DNA of 60,850 bases, counting the filler, from Bipalium vagum (Eukaryota), in NCBI GenBank assembly GCA_037834085.1. It is 3 parts of 3 records of this genome, joined end to end, with 100 filler letters (N's around TTAATTAATTAA, not from the genome) between each part and the next. Parts side by side here need not be neighbours in the genome. Positions count along the whole stretch, not along the records: positions 1 to 25,326 come from JBBMKC010195386.1; 2 more parts are not named here. The stretch is one strand, 5' to 3'. The notes below the pieces were generated by a model. The model saw nothing but the letters and a program-made list of their open reading frames with translations, was not told the DNA's origin and made no database searches. This document shows, in pieces, positions 1 to 14,560 of the stretch. The position numbers and the translations under genes were made by a program. Within the stretch, counting starts at the first letter, position 1, and each line of letters opens with the position of its first letter.

Positions 1-159
1 ATTATTATTATTATTATAATTATAATTATTATTAATAATAATAATAATATTATTATTATTATTGTTGTTGTTATTATTATCATGATTATAATAATAATTA
101 TTATTAATATTTTAAAAGTACGTGATCATTAAAATTTAGAAAAATAAAATAATAATTAC

Positions 160-359
160 TGAACCACTTGCTGCAGCAATGCAGAATAAAAAAGAAATAA
201 TTTGGCATTACAAAATGATTTCATAATGACTAAATTTACAATTATGTTTGAACAAAAAGCATTTACTATCTTTCTCAAAAGCAGTCTCTAATGACCAATT
301 ATTCCTGGAAAAATTCTCTCCAGATTCTGATGCCAAATCGCACTCTTTCGTCGAGTATC
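160..359 (-). CDS. Exon 359-240 plus 11-nt micro-exon 170-160 of an extracellular protein (possible C-type lectin domain start)
   Basis: 120-nt phase 1-1 exon YSTKECDLASESGENFSRNNWSLETAFEKDSKCFLFKHN. A 69-nt GT-AG intron with a good pyrimidine tract follows, then CAAGTGGTTCA|gtaatt. The C..W....KCFLF pattern resembles a CTL N-terminus. Confidence 0.55.
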
Positions 360-2259
360 CTAAGATGTAGTATTTTTGCTTTGGGAGACACCGTGTGAGA
401 AGTTGTAGAAGGTGTTTTGATGAAATGAGCATGTGATAACTATTTCTATTTTCACTATATGATTAAACTTATGTTATTTTAAAAAAATCGGAAAACTACA
501 CTTTAAATAACTATTTTTCTTAGTTTTTGTTTTTAGTTATCTCTTGGTCCTAAAGACTGAAACAGAAAAAATGTTTTAAGAAAAATATTTTTTAAAATTC
601 TTTTTTTCATGTATGGAATTTTTAAAAATTTTTTATAATTTAAAATTAATGAAATTAAAAAATCAAAAGATAATTTTTTTTAGAAATTATTCTTTTTTTA
701 ACTATCTAATACACTAATCTTGCATCCCATACGAAACATACGCCTCGTTAAATAACTTGCTTTTATCTAAAATTGTTAATCATTTTGTTTATCTTGTTAA
801 ATTATATCATAAAACCGAATCGAAAATTGTATCTCGGAAAGGATTATATTAACAAAAAAAATAATTTTGAAAAATAAAAAATTAATCTGTGTTTAAATAT
901 ATCAATTTATATTATTAAAACTGGAAATATTATTTGAAAAGTAGATTATAGTGACATGTTAAATATCATAATTCAGTATTTTGAAAGCCGAGTATGGTTA
1001 TTACGCTTATTTGAGTACACGAGTGTTTTAAAAATAAAGAGAAAGTGTTAGAGAGATTTTAATGAATGCGATATATTCCCCAAAGTCAAGAAATGCCCAA
1101 ATTGTCGCAAAATAATAAAAATCGTGGTAAAATTTTATTTTTTAAAGATTTCTGAAACCCTTTTAAACTTATTCAAAAACCAAAAAATTCGGACACAAAA
1201 CTTTTTAAAATATACTTTTGAAAATAAACATTTTATTGTTTGAATCATTCAAAAAATTTCTTGAAATTATTCTTCGTCTACTCAGCTGAAAAATCTCCAT
1301 TTTCTTAAAATACCTAAAATTATATTTTTGTCAAATGTTCACAATTTTTAATAGAATTATATTGGTATTAGAAAACCATTTTCTGGTTCAAAACCGCAAA
1401 ATGTTGAATAATTAAATATTATCGAACTCCAGATATTTTTCTTTTGGGATAAAAATAACTTTATCAATGCAAAAACAATTAATAATAAAATTAAATCAGC
1501 AAAGAAAATTTTTTTTGAGAAAATGGTTGAGGAAAAATGAATTATTTCTAAAATCAGATTTTTTCAACTAGAACAAATATTTCTAATTAACTTTTCATAA
1601 ATTAAATTGTTTCAAAATCTTTAAATCTTCAAAATCAATAAAAATGGAATTTTGAATATTTTAAAGATTTATCAGATTTATTGGAAATATTTTTTCCTAA
1701 CAGCGCTGTTAAATAAATAAATAATTTAAATGAATTTTGTTTTCTGTCATGGAATTATTGAAACGTCCGTTGAAGCAAAGAAATTCATCAATTTTGTTAA
1801 TATTGTATAATAGATAATAATTTAATAATGAGGAAAAATGTAATTTTGTGAAAAATATTTAACTTAAAATTTGACAAAATGAAAAAAAATATTTGATAAA
1901 TAAATAATTAAATATTGTCACTTTTTTCCAAAAATTCCACAGAGAAAAGAACGAAGAATCAAATATTTTATTTTTCTGTTACCTATCAAAGGTGGGAAAA
2001 ATTTTCAAAAAGGTTATTTAAATGTCTAAGGAAATCAATATATTCCAATTATGAATTTTTAATTGATTTCATTAAATTTTATTCTCTGATTAATCAATTT
2101 TTTAGGGTCTTAAAAATTTTAAATATATCATATTAAAATATGTTGAAAAAAGAATTTTGTGTAATTTACACTTCCCAAAATCAATATAACCTAAACTTCA
2201 AATTTTAAAAGAATTTCAAAAATATTTCTAAAAGAATATAAATAAAAATGATAAATATT

Positions 2260-2990
2260 GTATCACTAATTTAGTTTGGTTAGTATTTTGTTATTACTTG
2301 ACTTCATGACAATGGCCGAACTGATCATTGTGTCAAATGACAGCAGTGTATAGTAAATAAAATATCGGAAATCGATCCAGACTGAAAGCATTATCCTTTA
2401 GGGTACAATCCCGCCTCTGAAGTTCTCTGTTATTGATTGTCTTTATGCTCACAAGATCTCTTGCGCCCCCCTGTTTTGTTAAAAACAACACATTTTTCCA
2501 TCACCTGCAACCAATTATTCATCAATTAGTTGATTTGTTGACGTTTTGAAATGCGCACTGTAAAACTGGCTTGAATTAGTTTTTGAAGCATATTAAAACG
2601 AGAAACCTTATCTATTTTATGTAAATGATTTTGCAAAGTGGTGCTTTTATCATTAGTCTTACACTTATCTCTCTAACCGTTTGGGATTGATTTTCATCAA
2701 TTATTGTTTTGACAATGCCTCAGTTAATCTTGCTACAATGATCGGAGTGCTGTGTTAAGTTTATATTAAAATTTTCAAAAAATAGTTTTGAAAACCATTG
2801 GCACATAAAAAAGTCGATATAAAAATATTTTATTTAAACAAATCTCTCTAATATGACACATAAATAAAGATTTTTTAAAAATTTTGCCATTAAAACTACT
2901 TTCAAACTTTAAGCAACAGTTTAATTTCGTTCGTTGAAAACCGAAAAGATTTATTTGCCAATCCAATATTTTTATATGATATTTTAAATT
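2260..2990 (-). mobile_element. Mariner transposase relic
   Basis: LVAGDGK, GLYPK/IMLSVWIDFR..IYYTLL fragments across frameshifts. Confidence 0.75.
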
Positions 2991-3637
2991 TTTACTTTGT
3001 ATTTACATTTCGTATTTTCCTTTTTTTAATAATATTTTATGCAATATAAAATAAAATAAATTATTTATTTTTTTTAATAATTTTACGTTACTATTTATAA
3101 AATAATAGATAATAAAATGTTTAAACCTGACATTTTAAAATAAAAATTGTGATAATATAAATTATTAAAAATGTAATTTGTCAAAAGTCAATTTTGATAT
3201 ATGACAATCATCTGTGTCATCTTGTCAGACTTTCTTGAGTAAAAGAGGCGGGAGCTTGCAGTTGAAAGAAGACGTTTGACTTCGAGATTTATTTTTAATA
3301 AATAGAAATATGCGCTTTTTTTTAAATTAAAAAAGTCTAAGAGGAATATTATTATAAAAATTAAACGTGTACTAGTCACGTTTTAGAATGAATTCATTGT
3401 AGGTGTCAGTATTCTGAAAATTATTTATTTATTGGGTAATGAAGTTTTGTATAAATTTATAGAAATTACTTTACTCTTTATATTATTTTCATAATACGTA
3501 TCTTTAACTGGCAGTGTGATTTGAATGATTTATATGAATGACAAAGGAATAAATGGAGCAAAGTATAATATAAGTTATGAAGTTATTAAAAGGTTTGAGA
3601 TCATGATATACTTTAGTTTAAATTTTAAAGTAACGTA

Positions 3638-4091
3638 TTAGGCTGATGAAAAATTTGAGCAAAAGTTTTATACAATTGAGTTAGGTTTCCTAAACCAGAA
3701 CTTTACTTGTGGATATTTAGATGAAATCCAAATATAAGTAGTAATCTGTTGGAGAAATGTATATTGGTTTTACCAACTGAGAGATTCGTTGACAAGTTTT
3801 GTAACATGTCTCTATTTTAAAAAAATCTTTCCAAACGTTTTTTCAAATCACTCCTTAGTTGGAAAGGTTTGTTGAAAATTTATCTCGTATCCTACTCCTT
3901 AAATCGCACATCCAGGTTCGTAACCGCTCCTTGCAGTTCAACAATGACGGAATTCTAGCTTTACCAAAGAAATGGTACGACATTGTCGACCAAAATGGTG
4001 CATATTTAGTTTAATAAAGTTCCAAAATTGTCTAGGGTTCTTACGTTTTTTATATTGCTAAAATCGGTGTAAACCTTTCAGACAACCAAAT
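3638..4091 (+). mobile_element. Mariner deletion derivative
   Basis: TATTAGGCTGATGAAAA left end and TTCAGACAACCAAATA right end. C-terminal LPKKWYDIVDQNGAYLV*. Confidence 0.75.
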
Positions 4092-5449
4092 ATTATTTAT
4101 AAATGGATTGATTGAAATTATAAACTTGTATTATAATTAAAAAATGGTGCAATGTCAATTAAATACCTTTAAATTTGCTTTTTTAAATTAACAAATTAGC
4201 TTATTTAAACCAATGAAAATAAATACCAATTCAACTGCAGTTGTTGCTAAATATTAAAAAAATTAAACTAATCGCAATTTAGTTTTATGTAATACTACTA
4301 ATTTCAGTGGTAAAAGTTTTTAGCATACTTCATACATTGTATATATTAAATAATAAATAAACTTCACATGTTGCATCACAATCAAACTGAATCACACAGT
4401 TAACTGAACAATATTCTTTGTAAAATTATCTGAGTCTATTTCAATAGCCAGGTAGTGTAACATTTTAAAATTTGATTAAAGGAAAACTTATTATTCAATC
4501 TTTATTTAAACATATCTTCTCCAATATTACATTGGAGAATATTGTATCATTTTATCAATGCAAGCCTGAATGAATGTCATCTTTTTCTGAAAATATCTAT
4601 TTTTCTTATTAATCTCGATTAATTTAGAATCATAGAAATATATTCTGGACATTTTTCTCATTCAATTTAACAACGAAAATTTTTTATGTCCTTTATTCAA
4701 TCTATAGTCATAACTCGGACAATGGAATTTTGTAACATTTAAAAACTGCCAGTTGTACACTGTATTATTCTATTTGATTATTATTTACTTAATTGTATGT
4801 ATTTATTTTAATTAAAAGTTTTAATTAATTCTTTCTTTTATTTTTGTTATTATTTTACTTATTTATATTTTTATTAAGTATCGTGGACTTATTTATTTTA
4901 TTTTATATTATTTTAAATCAACGTTAATTGTTAATTTTATTTTATTATGATTAAATTTTATTAAAAGATGCATTGTTCTTTGTTTGAAATTATGTCTCTC
5001 ATGATATGATAAACAAACTATTATTCTAAAAAAATATTGATTTATCGAAATAACAGAAAAACTTTATAAAAACGAGGAAATTAACATGTACATATAATAT
5101 TATCTTATATACATCGTCGATTCCTGTACTTTAATAATAAAATATAAAATATTTTTTATAGATATTGGTAACCAACAAACATATTGAAAATAAATTTTAA
5201 GGTAAAACAAATATATTGGAACCATTTCAGTATTTATAAATTATATCTCTTTATTTTAACACATGATTTATAATACGAATTAGTTAAACTTAAATAAATT
5301 GTTTACTTAAAGAATATTTGAATAATAAAAATTATCCATAAGTAATATTTTTTTCTTGTGAGTGTATCCTTTAAAAATGAGAACTAAAAAACATAAGGTA
5401 GCCTAAAAAGTTTCTTTTTAAAAAAAACAAATCCTTTTTTCATATAACA

Positions 5450-6520
5450 AATAAACTTTAGCGAATCAAGTATTTTTCCATTTTTTAAAATAATCTTTCG
5501 ACATTTAACAGTAGTATTTTTGAGATTTCTGATAAAAAAAACTGTGCAGTGTACTTTTCATAGTCTACTCTAGAAACTGTTGAAATTCTATTAAGAAAAG
5601 TATGTAGAAGCAGAAACGAATTGTATTCTGTCGGTAATCGTCCTAGACTATTCGGGTGCATCTGAATGTTCTATCAGGCTCTTTCAATTTTTGTCTGGTC
5701 ATCAAAGATGTATATGGCTTTGGGCTGACTTGAATGAACGCAGCACTCTTTCTGTTAAGAAAAGCCTATCTGTTTCATTTCGTTGATTTATTCTTTCAAA
5801 TAACTGACAATAGAATATTAAGTCAATTGATTGACTGGGTTCCACCAACTCAAGATTTTTTGCAATCCCAGACAAAATTGATTTTTAATCGTTTACAGAC
5901 CTTCATCTTTTTTGGATTGTCTTTTTTCTCACATTTTTATTTTATGGATTCACTTTTTATCTCTGATGATCATACTTTTAAGAAATGATTCAAGTTAATC
6001 TATTTTCGATAAACATTACAAATAGAAATCCTTCTGATGAAATTTTTTTCAGAAAAATTGACAAGCCTTTCTTGTAATTTAACTTTTCTAAATAATTTAT
6101 CAGTTTTTTTTTCATAGTTTTTATCAATGTTATAACTGCTTATTTATTTTCATGATATATTCGTCTAAAATTACGCCTTGTTGACCAGAACGACGTGAAT
6201 CTTTCAACTCAAAGTTGGTTTGACAAAATCATGCGAACCACAACCGCATCGCTCTTTCTAATATAATATCAAAACAATTATTTTTTGACGGTGTGAGTGC
6301 CACTTTTGCTAGTCAGTAAATAAAATTTCATAAAGTCTCTATTTTCTTCTTTATTTAAATTTTTTGCGACATCTTTTAAATCTGATAAACAAATGATATT
6401 AATATAATTTTTATAATGGTTTTTCTATCGATTAGATTTTACTAATTTTTTCAAACTTATGCATTGCTGTGTTATACTCATTAAAACAATCTCAGACAAA
6501 ACGGTGGAAACTTCTTAAAT
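5450..6520 (-). mobile_element. Mariner (mellifera-like) relic
   Basis: LWFA*F..FELKDSRRSG and LNRKSAAFIQVSPKPYTSLMTRQKLKE (cf. NRKGVVFHQDNARPHTSLMTRQKL). Confidence 0.85.
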
Positions 6521-7189
6521 CGCCTATTATTTCAAAAGCTAAAATGTATTTGCTTAAGATGATCAAAAACAAATTTCATATATGTAAAAGTCAAGAAATA
6601 AATAAAGCAAATTAAAACAAATTAAAAGTCTGCTTAAATAAAAATAATTTAGAAACACTTCAAATGACTATTCGGTTATATGGATTTTATTTTGTTCACT
6701 TCTTTCTCCTTAGACTAAAGAAAAATAATCGAAATTATTTTAATATAATTCTTAAGTTTGGTCAGCATCTCTATAATCAAAGTAACGTATTACCATCAAG
6801 TTAATCCAATAATTCAATTTGCCTGAAGTTTTTCGGGATTTTATTTCATTTGGAAATTGAGCTAGTTGATTTCAATGTTAAAAAGACACTGACAATTTCA
6901 ATATATATTCTTTTTAAATAAATAATAATGAAAGTGATAAATTTTAAATTTATTTATTTAATTATTAAAAATCAAGTTATAATTATATTAAAATAATATA
7001 TTATCATTTTATCTTCTTATGAGGTATATTTTAATTTTAGCCTTTTATTAAATAGCTGTAATAAAGAAAATTTATTCATTTGTTTAAATATACTATTTGA
7101 ATATATATTGTTTATGAATTTTTAAAAATCAATGTATAAATAATATTCTAATATCTTTAACTATATCTTATTTTTATTCTTTTTTTAGG

Positions 7190-8238
7190 CGACTTATATA
7201 CCAAAAAGGCAAAATTTATTCATTTAGCTTTTTAAAAATCTGCAGCAGAAACTCACAAAATCCTTATTGGGGTTTACTGTGACAATGTTGTATCAAAAGC
7301 AAAAGATTATTTGCACGTTTCCGAAAGGGCGAATTTATGGTGGAATATAAAGAGCGTTCAAGACAAACGAAATTGTTTGAAGATCAAGACCTGGAAGCAT
7401 AGCTGAATATTCATGCTAAACTCAAACTAATCGTGCTGAATCATTAAATACTTCTCAATAATCAATTATCCGACGTCTAAAGGTTATAAGAAAGTTATAC
7501 AAAGTAGAAAGGTGGGTACCACACGAGCTCAAGGTGAAATACATGAAAAGACATAAATTTCACAAGTGAAATTTTTCTTGCTCGACAAAAAAAGTTTACT
7601 GTACTGAATTCTTGTGCTGAAAAGTGGATTTCTTTCATAAACCCTTCAAGCAGAAAAATAAATTGTGATCCCAGACAGCTCTCCAAAGCAACATCCTTTG
7701 GAAAAAGATTTCCTAAGTATCTGATAATACCAAAAAAGTCTGATTCATCATGAATTTCTAAAGCAAGGTGAAACGGTTACAGGATAGTTGTATCAGAACA
7801 ATTAGTACGACTGAACCACGAAAAAAGATCAGAATTTTGCTGCATCTCAATGCCTGGCAACACGGGTACAAGTGAGTCCAGGAAACATTATAGTTGCTTC
7901 GACGGGAAGTGCTACTCCATGCGGCTTATTCTTTAGACTGTACCATTTTGGCTAACATCTGTTTCGATCGATATCTCAATCACTTTCTGAAAAGCGTCTC
8001 CAATCCTTTGAATAAGCTGAAAAATGGATTACTGATTGGACAGCAACCAAAGATGTCGATTTCTTTTATCGGGGAATTCATCAGCTTTCTGAAAAATGGG
8101 AGAAAGTTATTATTAACTATGGAAAATATTTTGAATAAATTATCTATTTCCTTTCATGCTTACTTAAAGATTAATATTTATTTTACTTATTAAATAAACA
8201 CAGTTTTAAAAAAAGCTAACTTTCGATGCATAAACCTA
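7190..8238 (+). mobile_element. Mariner, mauritiana (Mos1)-like relic
   Basis: KSAAETHKILIGVY, RWVPHELK, LLHAAYSLD, EKWEKVIINYGKYFE*. 3' TIR ..AAACCTAATA. Confidence 0.9.
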
Positions 8239-9009
8239 ATATAATATAATTGTTTAATTATATATTTATATATTTGATGGTAATTATAATTAATAAAATC
8301 TTTTTAGTTTCAATCATTTAAACAAAAATATTTGAACATTGTATCAATTTTGGAATTTAATGTTTCAATGTAACAAACATTGTACAGATGAATTTGGAAA
8401 CATTTTTATATTCTTAGAAAAACGTATTTTCAGTAAATTTTTCTTATTATATTTGGAAAAATATTTTGACATATGTGAAGAAACTTGGGATCATTTTGAA
8501 ACACATTAAAATGTTACTAAACTTATTACAAAAATTTCCTACAAAAAAATTAAATTCGCTCATTCATTAGGTAAAATCGTTTTGATTGATTGTTCGATTT
8601 AAACTTTAATATTCACATTAATGTAATATAATATAAATATTAATAATTCATGTTTCAGATTAAATATTATTATTAAATTTAATAATTTTGTCCAGAATTT
8701 TGTAAACTTTTCAAGAAATATTTATAAAAAATTACTTATCATTAAATTAAGTATTAAATTTTAGTTGATCTTAATAATAAAAGAAATACAGTTTAATATA
8801 CAATAAATAATGTTAAATAAGTGTTTTTTTATTATTTAAAAAACCATAATTTTAGATGCATGCATAAGTTAAATAATGTTTTTATTCATTGTTTAAATAA
8901 GTCAACAATTAACCAAAACACCACATTAATTTAAATTTCGGTATATTTATTAAAAAAAAATAATATTTCACCTTCATTTTTATAGAATATATTTAAAAAT
9001 GTTGGATTT

Positions 9010-9160
9010 AGAAATGTGTGACGAAACAATATACTATCGACATTGTATCAGATATTAATTTCAGCGAGGAAAAAGTGCTTTTGCAGCATCTCAGTCCATA
9101 TGCTCTGTTCTATGAGAGAAGGCTATTTCGTATAGTACATGTAAATTTTGGTATCGCTTC
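9010..9160 (+). mobile_element. Mariner N-terminal HTH fragment
   Basis: YYRHCIRY*FQRGKSAFAASQSICSV..STCKFWY. Confidence 0.7.
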
Positions 9161-11385
9161 TATTTGTTCAATATGAGATTAAAAATTAGTAAATTTATAT
9201 TTATGAAAGTGTGTACAACATTTTGATATGGTTATTTTTTATAAATGGATGTGATAATGAAAAATTAAGGATATCACACTTTTATTGGTATCTTATAATA
9301 ATAGTTGTTTTTATAATGAAAATATCCATTTTTTCAATAGTTATTTCTTGTTGTTTAAATATTCAACCCAGGTTTATTTGTTATTCAAGGGTTAAGAATT
9401 TTAAAGATTTACATTTTTCGATTGTACTAAATTTTCAAAATTTAGTAAAAACATGATTACTGAAGAAATGCGATTAATTTTGCAATAAGGTAAAAGGGTA
9501 ATATTGTGATATATATTTTTTGTCTTTTCAGTGTTAAATATTGAGATTTTGGTAGCATTTTAAGTATCGATCAATCAAGATATGAGACATTGTAAAATTT
9601 TAAATAGACAGAACATCTTTCATTTACAGAAAATGTATGTAGATATCTTTAAATGTCTTATGACTTCTTAAGAATTTATGTTAATCTTTGTCTTGAGAGG
9701 AAAACTTAAATATTTTTAATACAAACTAGGCAACCTTACAAGGGAATTTAAGAAATTATTATTACCATATCATATCTTTCACAAATAAAAGGGAATCCTA
9801 AAATATAGTGAATGACGTTCTGGACATTGTTCATTTTCTAAAATTTAGTCTATCGTTAATTTTTATCTGTTTATAATATTTGGGAAATGTGGTTTTACTC
9901 TACTTATTGACCTGGTATTTCTGGGTTATTCTCATTCTCCAATATAATTATTCTGTTTTCTAAATAAAAGATAAAGTCTAACATGTTTAGCATTCATATG
10001 ATCGTCTTTTAAAATTACTAAAATATTTATAATAATCATCAATAATGGAGTTCTTTATTTTCATATATAAACATGAACATATAAATTACGATAAAGGTAA
10101 GATGAAAACTTCAAAAATGTATTTTAATGTACCTGAGATAATTCAAACAAAAGTTTCATAAATGGACCTCATTTATTTTTTTTATTATTTAAATTATATA
10201 ATTAAAAAAAACTTATCAACATTTATTATTCCCCTTTTACTTATAATTTATCCATTAAAATTTTAATAATTTTTAATAATAACTTAGGTGCGGGGTCCTT
10301 ATTTTAAAAAAATCATCCAAGCTAATTGTTCGAACCACTCTTTATAACGATGTAATTACATTTTAAAAAAATTTTTTTCTATAAATTAATGATTAATTAA
10401 AATTAATTAAGATTAATTTAAAAAACTAAAATTAATAAAAAAAATTTTAAATTTGAACGAAAATGAGGATTCGTAAACTCGCGATTGATTTTTAATTTTA
10501 ATTTTTTATCAAATTATTTTATAAAAGGAGAAAAATAATTAAATAATCACTTAAAAAATTTCAAAATTCAATTACATTCAAAGAAAATTACACTGAAACA
10601 TTGTTATTTTAATGAATCTCATTACAAAAAAATAATTTTATGTTTTTTTAGAAAGAAAAATATTTAAATAATGTTCCATTAAAAAGATGGAAAAAAATTT
10701 TTTTTAAAAAATTCTAATTTTAAATTGTGATATATTAATTTTTCCTTATAAAACAGAATTCAATCACAATTTGCTTTCGAACATAATTTTTCCTTTTCAT
10801 TTCATATTATTAGATTATTATTAAATCTGGACACAATTATTAAATTTTTATGATACTTTCAAAATAATAATGATAATAATTTTATCACAACCAATTTCAA
10901 TTAAATAATTTCTCTGGTTGAATTTTATATCTCTAATAATGATTAGAGATATGATTTGAACGATATTAGATTTAAAAATAGCCCGGGAATAAAATTATGC
11001 TGTGATTATCGGATGGACCGTTGAGGAGATTTCGCCTCATGACATGATTAGTTTTTTGATAGATAAAATTTCCTACTTTTCTCTAATGTTTGATTAAATC
11101 TGAGTTTTTGCCTATATTATTTCTGGCAAGTTTCTGGCCCTTTGTCTGCTGATTTAGTAATGTTTTTTTTCTTTCAATGTTATAATTTATTATGAAAGAT
11201 TTTTTTTAGAAATGTATCGGGATTAATGAATGTAATTTTATTTTACAAATCAGTGACAATTTATTAATTATAATTATATTTTTATCAAAACAGTTATTTA
11301 AGAATATAAATATATTATCCGAAAAGTGTACCTTGGTTGTTCAATTACGAAATCTATTTGGAGCTGTGAAAATATAATACTCATA

Positions 11386-12273
11386 CACTGTGTATTATAT
11401 AAGTAACCGAACTTTTGAATTAAATCATATACTAAATGTTTCATTTGTTTAAACTACTCTTTAATTTAAAATTACATCATTCATCTTTGAAAATTACCAA
11501 AATATATTTTATTCGAATAATAGGTTTGAATTTTAGTTGCATTTAAATAAAGGTATATACCATGCTTATGTCATAGATTTACAATGGAACAAGAAACAAA
11601 TATTAAAATTTCTTTTAAAATCGGGAAAAAATTTACAGACTTATGCAATTTTTATAATTATGATCCACAAACCAAGCGTCAGAGTAGTAAATGGAAATCA
11701 GTAGATGATCCAAAACCGAAAAATGTCATTTTCAAAAATCAATAATGAAAACAATGCTTATTACTTTTTATGATTCAAAATGAGTCCATGAGTTTTTTCC
11801 AAAAAATCAAACTGTTAATGGGGAATATTATTTAAATGCTTAACTTCGTTTGTGGTCAAGAATTGTTCGAGTTAGGAAGGAATATCAAGAAGAAAAGCAG
11901 TTGATTTTATTTCATGATAATGTTCGATCCCACAAGACCATAACAGTTTGTGAATTTTTAACCAAAATAGAATTGTATCATCGGACATTCACCATAATCG
12001 CCTGATCTATCACCATGCGACTATTTTCTATTCCCAAAACTGAAATTGGAATTTAAAGGTGTATTTTATGACGAATTTCAAGCTGGTCAAGCAGCCATGA
12101 CACCAGTTTTCAAGAAAATATCTTTAAATGACTTTGAAAATCTATACATCCATTAGCTGACCGTGCCAGGTGTTGTATCCATTCACGTGGAACATATTTT
12201 GAGTAATTATAATATTTCATGAATAATATAATGTGTATCAAATAAAATTCGGTTATTTAAATAACAAACTGTG
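11386..12273 (+). mobile_element. Mariner, irritans-like, internally deleted
   Basis: Imperfect TIRs CACTGTGT..TAACCGAA at both ends, TA flanks. YDPQTKRQSSKW, FHDNVRSH, SPDLSPCDYFLFPKLK, RGTYFE*. Confidence 0.9.
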
Positions 12274-12565
12274 TATATTAGGCTCTCTGATAACTAATGT
12301 GGTGTTTTATAATCTTAAAAGAGACAACAAAAAGTACAAGGAATATTAAATATATATACAAGACTTTTAGTATACAGATTTAAATTATGTAAAAATAAAT
12401 AACGTAAAACATTTATTTAATTCAGATAAACAGTTTTGCTATTTTGTGTTGCCTCTATGACTCATAATAACAGACGTGATTCGTTTAGGTATTAATTCCA
12501 CAAGTTTACTTGAGAAATTCCTGGGGATCAATATTCCATTCTTCCTAAAAATAATTTTATTTCTT

Positions 12566-12569
<4 letters not shown>

Positions 12570-12606
<37 letters not shown>
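12570..12606. repeat. (TA)n microsatellite
   Basis: Perfect TA array. Confidence 0.95.
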
Positions 12607-12609
<3 letters not shown>

Positions 12610-12679
12610 ATAAAATCGTAATAATCTATCAAATCATTAAAAATGTATGATTTAAAACTTTTGTATTTGAGGGTACTTG

Positions 12680-13300
12680 AAATGGACATGCCAAAGGATT
12701 ATATTCCACATACTTTGGTGTACAAATATAATAAACAAAGGATCGCAACTACAGCAAGAAAAAATGTCAAGTATACGGAAACTTTTATCCAAATTTATCA
12801 CTTATTTTGAAAATTTAAGTACACATAACCTATCCTTAAACCATGTAAATTAAAACAAAATACAATTATAATCAATAAGATTTACTTTATTTTATCTCAT
12901 AATATAAAATAGATTTAAAAAATCCGCATTTTTTACCGGTACACATAATATAATATGTTCATCTGTTTAGTAAAGTCATTAATACCTTCATAAACTCACA
13001 ATATTAGAGATAATTAGTTTATAAATGTTACTATACTTTAATATATTTTTAAAATCTAGTAATGTTTATTGGGCTGAAATTGTTATATTATTTGGTATAA
13101 GTATACATTTGTTGACAATAAAATGCTTTCTTATAGTCCATGTCGAAATGTTTAAGATTGGTGACACTATTAATAAAATAATATACTGCAAACAAGCAAA
13201 CCTGTTGGTAAACATTCTCAAACTTAAGGTTCTTGAATTACTTAAAAAAGAAAGGTTGATATTTTATTGAAATAACTAAATTCTTTCTCGACATAAAATG
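12680..13300 (+). mobile_element. Highly decayed mariner fragments
   Basis: MDMPKDYIPHTLVYKYNK and IVHVEMFKIGDTINKIIYCKQ..LKVLELLKKERLIFY. Confidence 0.55.
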
Positions 13301-14109
13301 TAAACTCATTCTTATATTTCGACCACAAAGCGTTTTTATCACAAAAAGTAGTTCTGTGACATCAATGATACGAAATCCAAACTTGAATAGTTAATTTGTC
13401 TATTTTGATTATATTTTTGGAGATTTTCCATATGCTTATTATTGGGTGGGAGAAATTTTCCTCGGATTTCATAAAGAAATTATAGTGAAATGTATTTTCA
13501 ATTTGTTTCACTGCCAAAAAAATCAAGCTCAGCCATTTTTTCTACGAATTATCACGTGTGGCAAACAATAGTCTATATATGTCAATAATGTTCGAATTAG
13601 ATCATGGTTAAATAAAAATAGAGATTTACATGTAACAAAACCATTTCATATATCTTTGTGGATTTAAAAATAATCATTTATTATGAATTCGGATCGTAAA
13701 ATAAAATCATTGATTCTAATCTTTTTGATTTAACAGGATTAAAGTTAGTGTTTTAAAGAACTTGACCAAATTTTATAAGAAAGAAAGATAACCGAAGAGT
13801 ATCACCTGAAGAAGAGTTACTATTATTTTTCACCAAAATATCCAAGAAAATGTTCAGAGATTAAAAAATAACGTTATCTGGAAATTGGAAACAGATTATC
13901 GATCCAAAATGTGCCTGTAGTCTAAATGAATATTTTTTCTATTAACTTTTAATGGTTTAAATTATATATTTTTTCAAATTGAACCGAAAGTTCTTAGTGA
14001 TTTTTAATATTATGTTATAGTTCAAATAAAACACGTCTTATTGCAATACAACAAAATTATACTTAAGTATATTATTTTTGTGATGAGTCATGTATAAAAT
14101 TATAATAAT

Positions 14110-14560
14110 AAATATCAATTGTGACAAAGAACATTTGCAACATTGTATCTTCTATAAATTTCAGGAAAAAGAAAAGTGCAACTGAGGCAACCAGAAATTT
14201 TCAAGATGTGTTTGGAGAGGATGTCGTTCTGTCCTTGTTGCAAAATTTACAAAATGATAATTTCTGCTTGGAAGATAAACCACGTGCAGATAGGCTTTCT
14301 GCTTTTGATGACACCATCTGAATTAAAAGCAAATTTATTTGCGACTACCAGAGAATTGTCGAAAAGGCTCCGGTTTTCCACAAACAGTCATTATAAAAAA
14401 TACATAAAGTAGGCTCCTGGTGAAACAATTACCACCGATCTGCAGTGTGAACCATTGTCATGATTATCAGCCCTAAAACAAAATGAATATTCTATAAATG
14501 TTCTGTTCTACACCATGACAACGCGAGGCTAACATTTGCAATAAAAAATCTTCGGTAGAT
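14110..14560 (+). mobile_element. Mariner relic
   Basis: FRKKKSATEATRNFQDVFGEDV, NFCLEDKPRADR, TTRELSKRL, LHHDNAR. Confidence 0.8.

Noticed and set aside
1040-1800. Possible Merlin N-terminal Zn-finger fragment (KKCPNCRK)
   Set aside because: Too decayed; no catalytic motif found.
10927-11160. 11-bp hairpin and GC-richer patch tested as the missing CUB exon
   Set aside because: No splice-bounded open frame with CUB motifs; the hairpin is expected by chance in AT-rich DNA.
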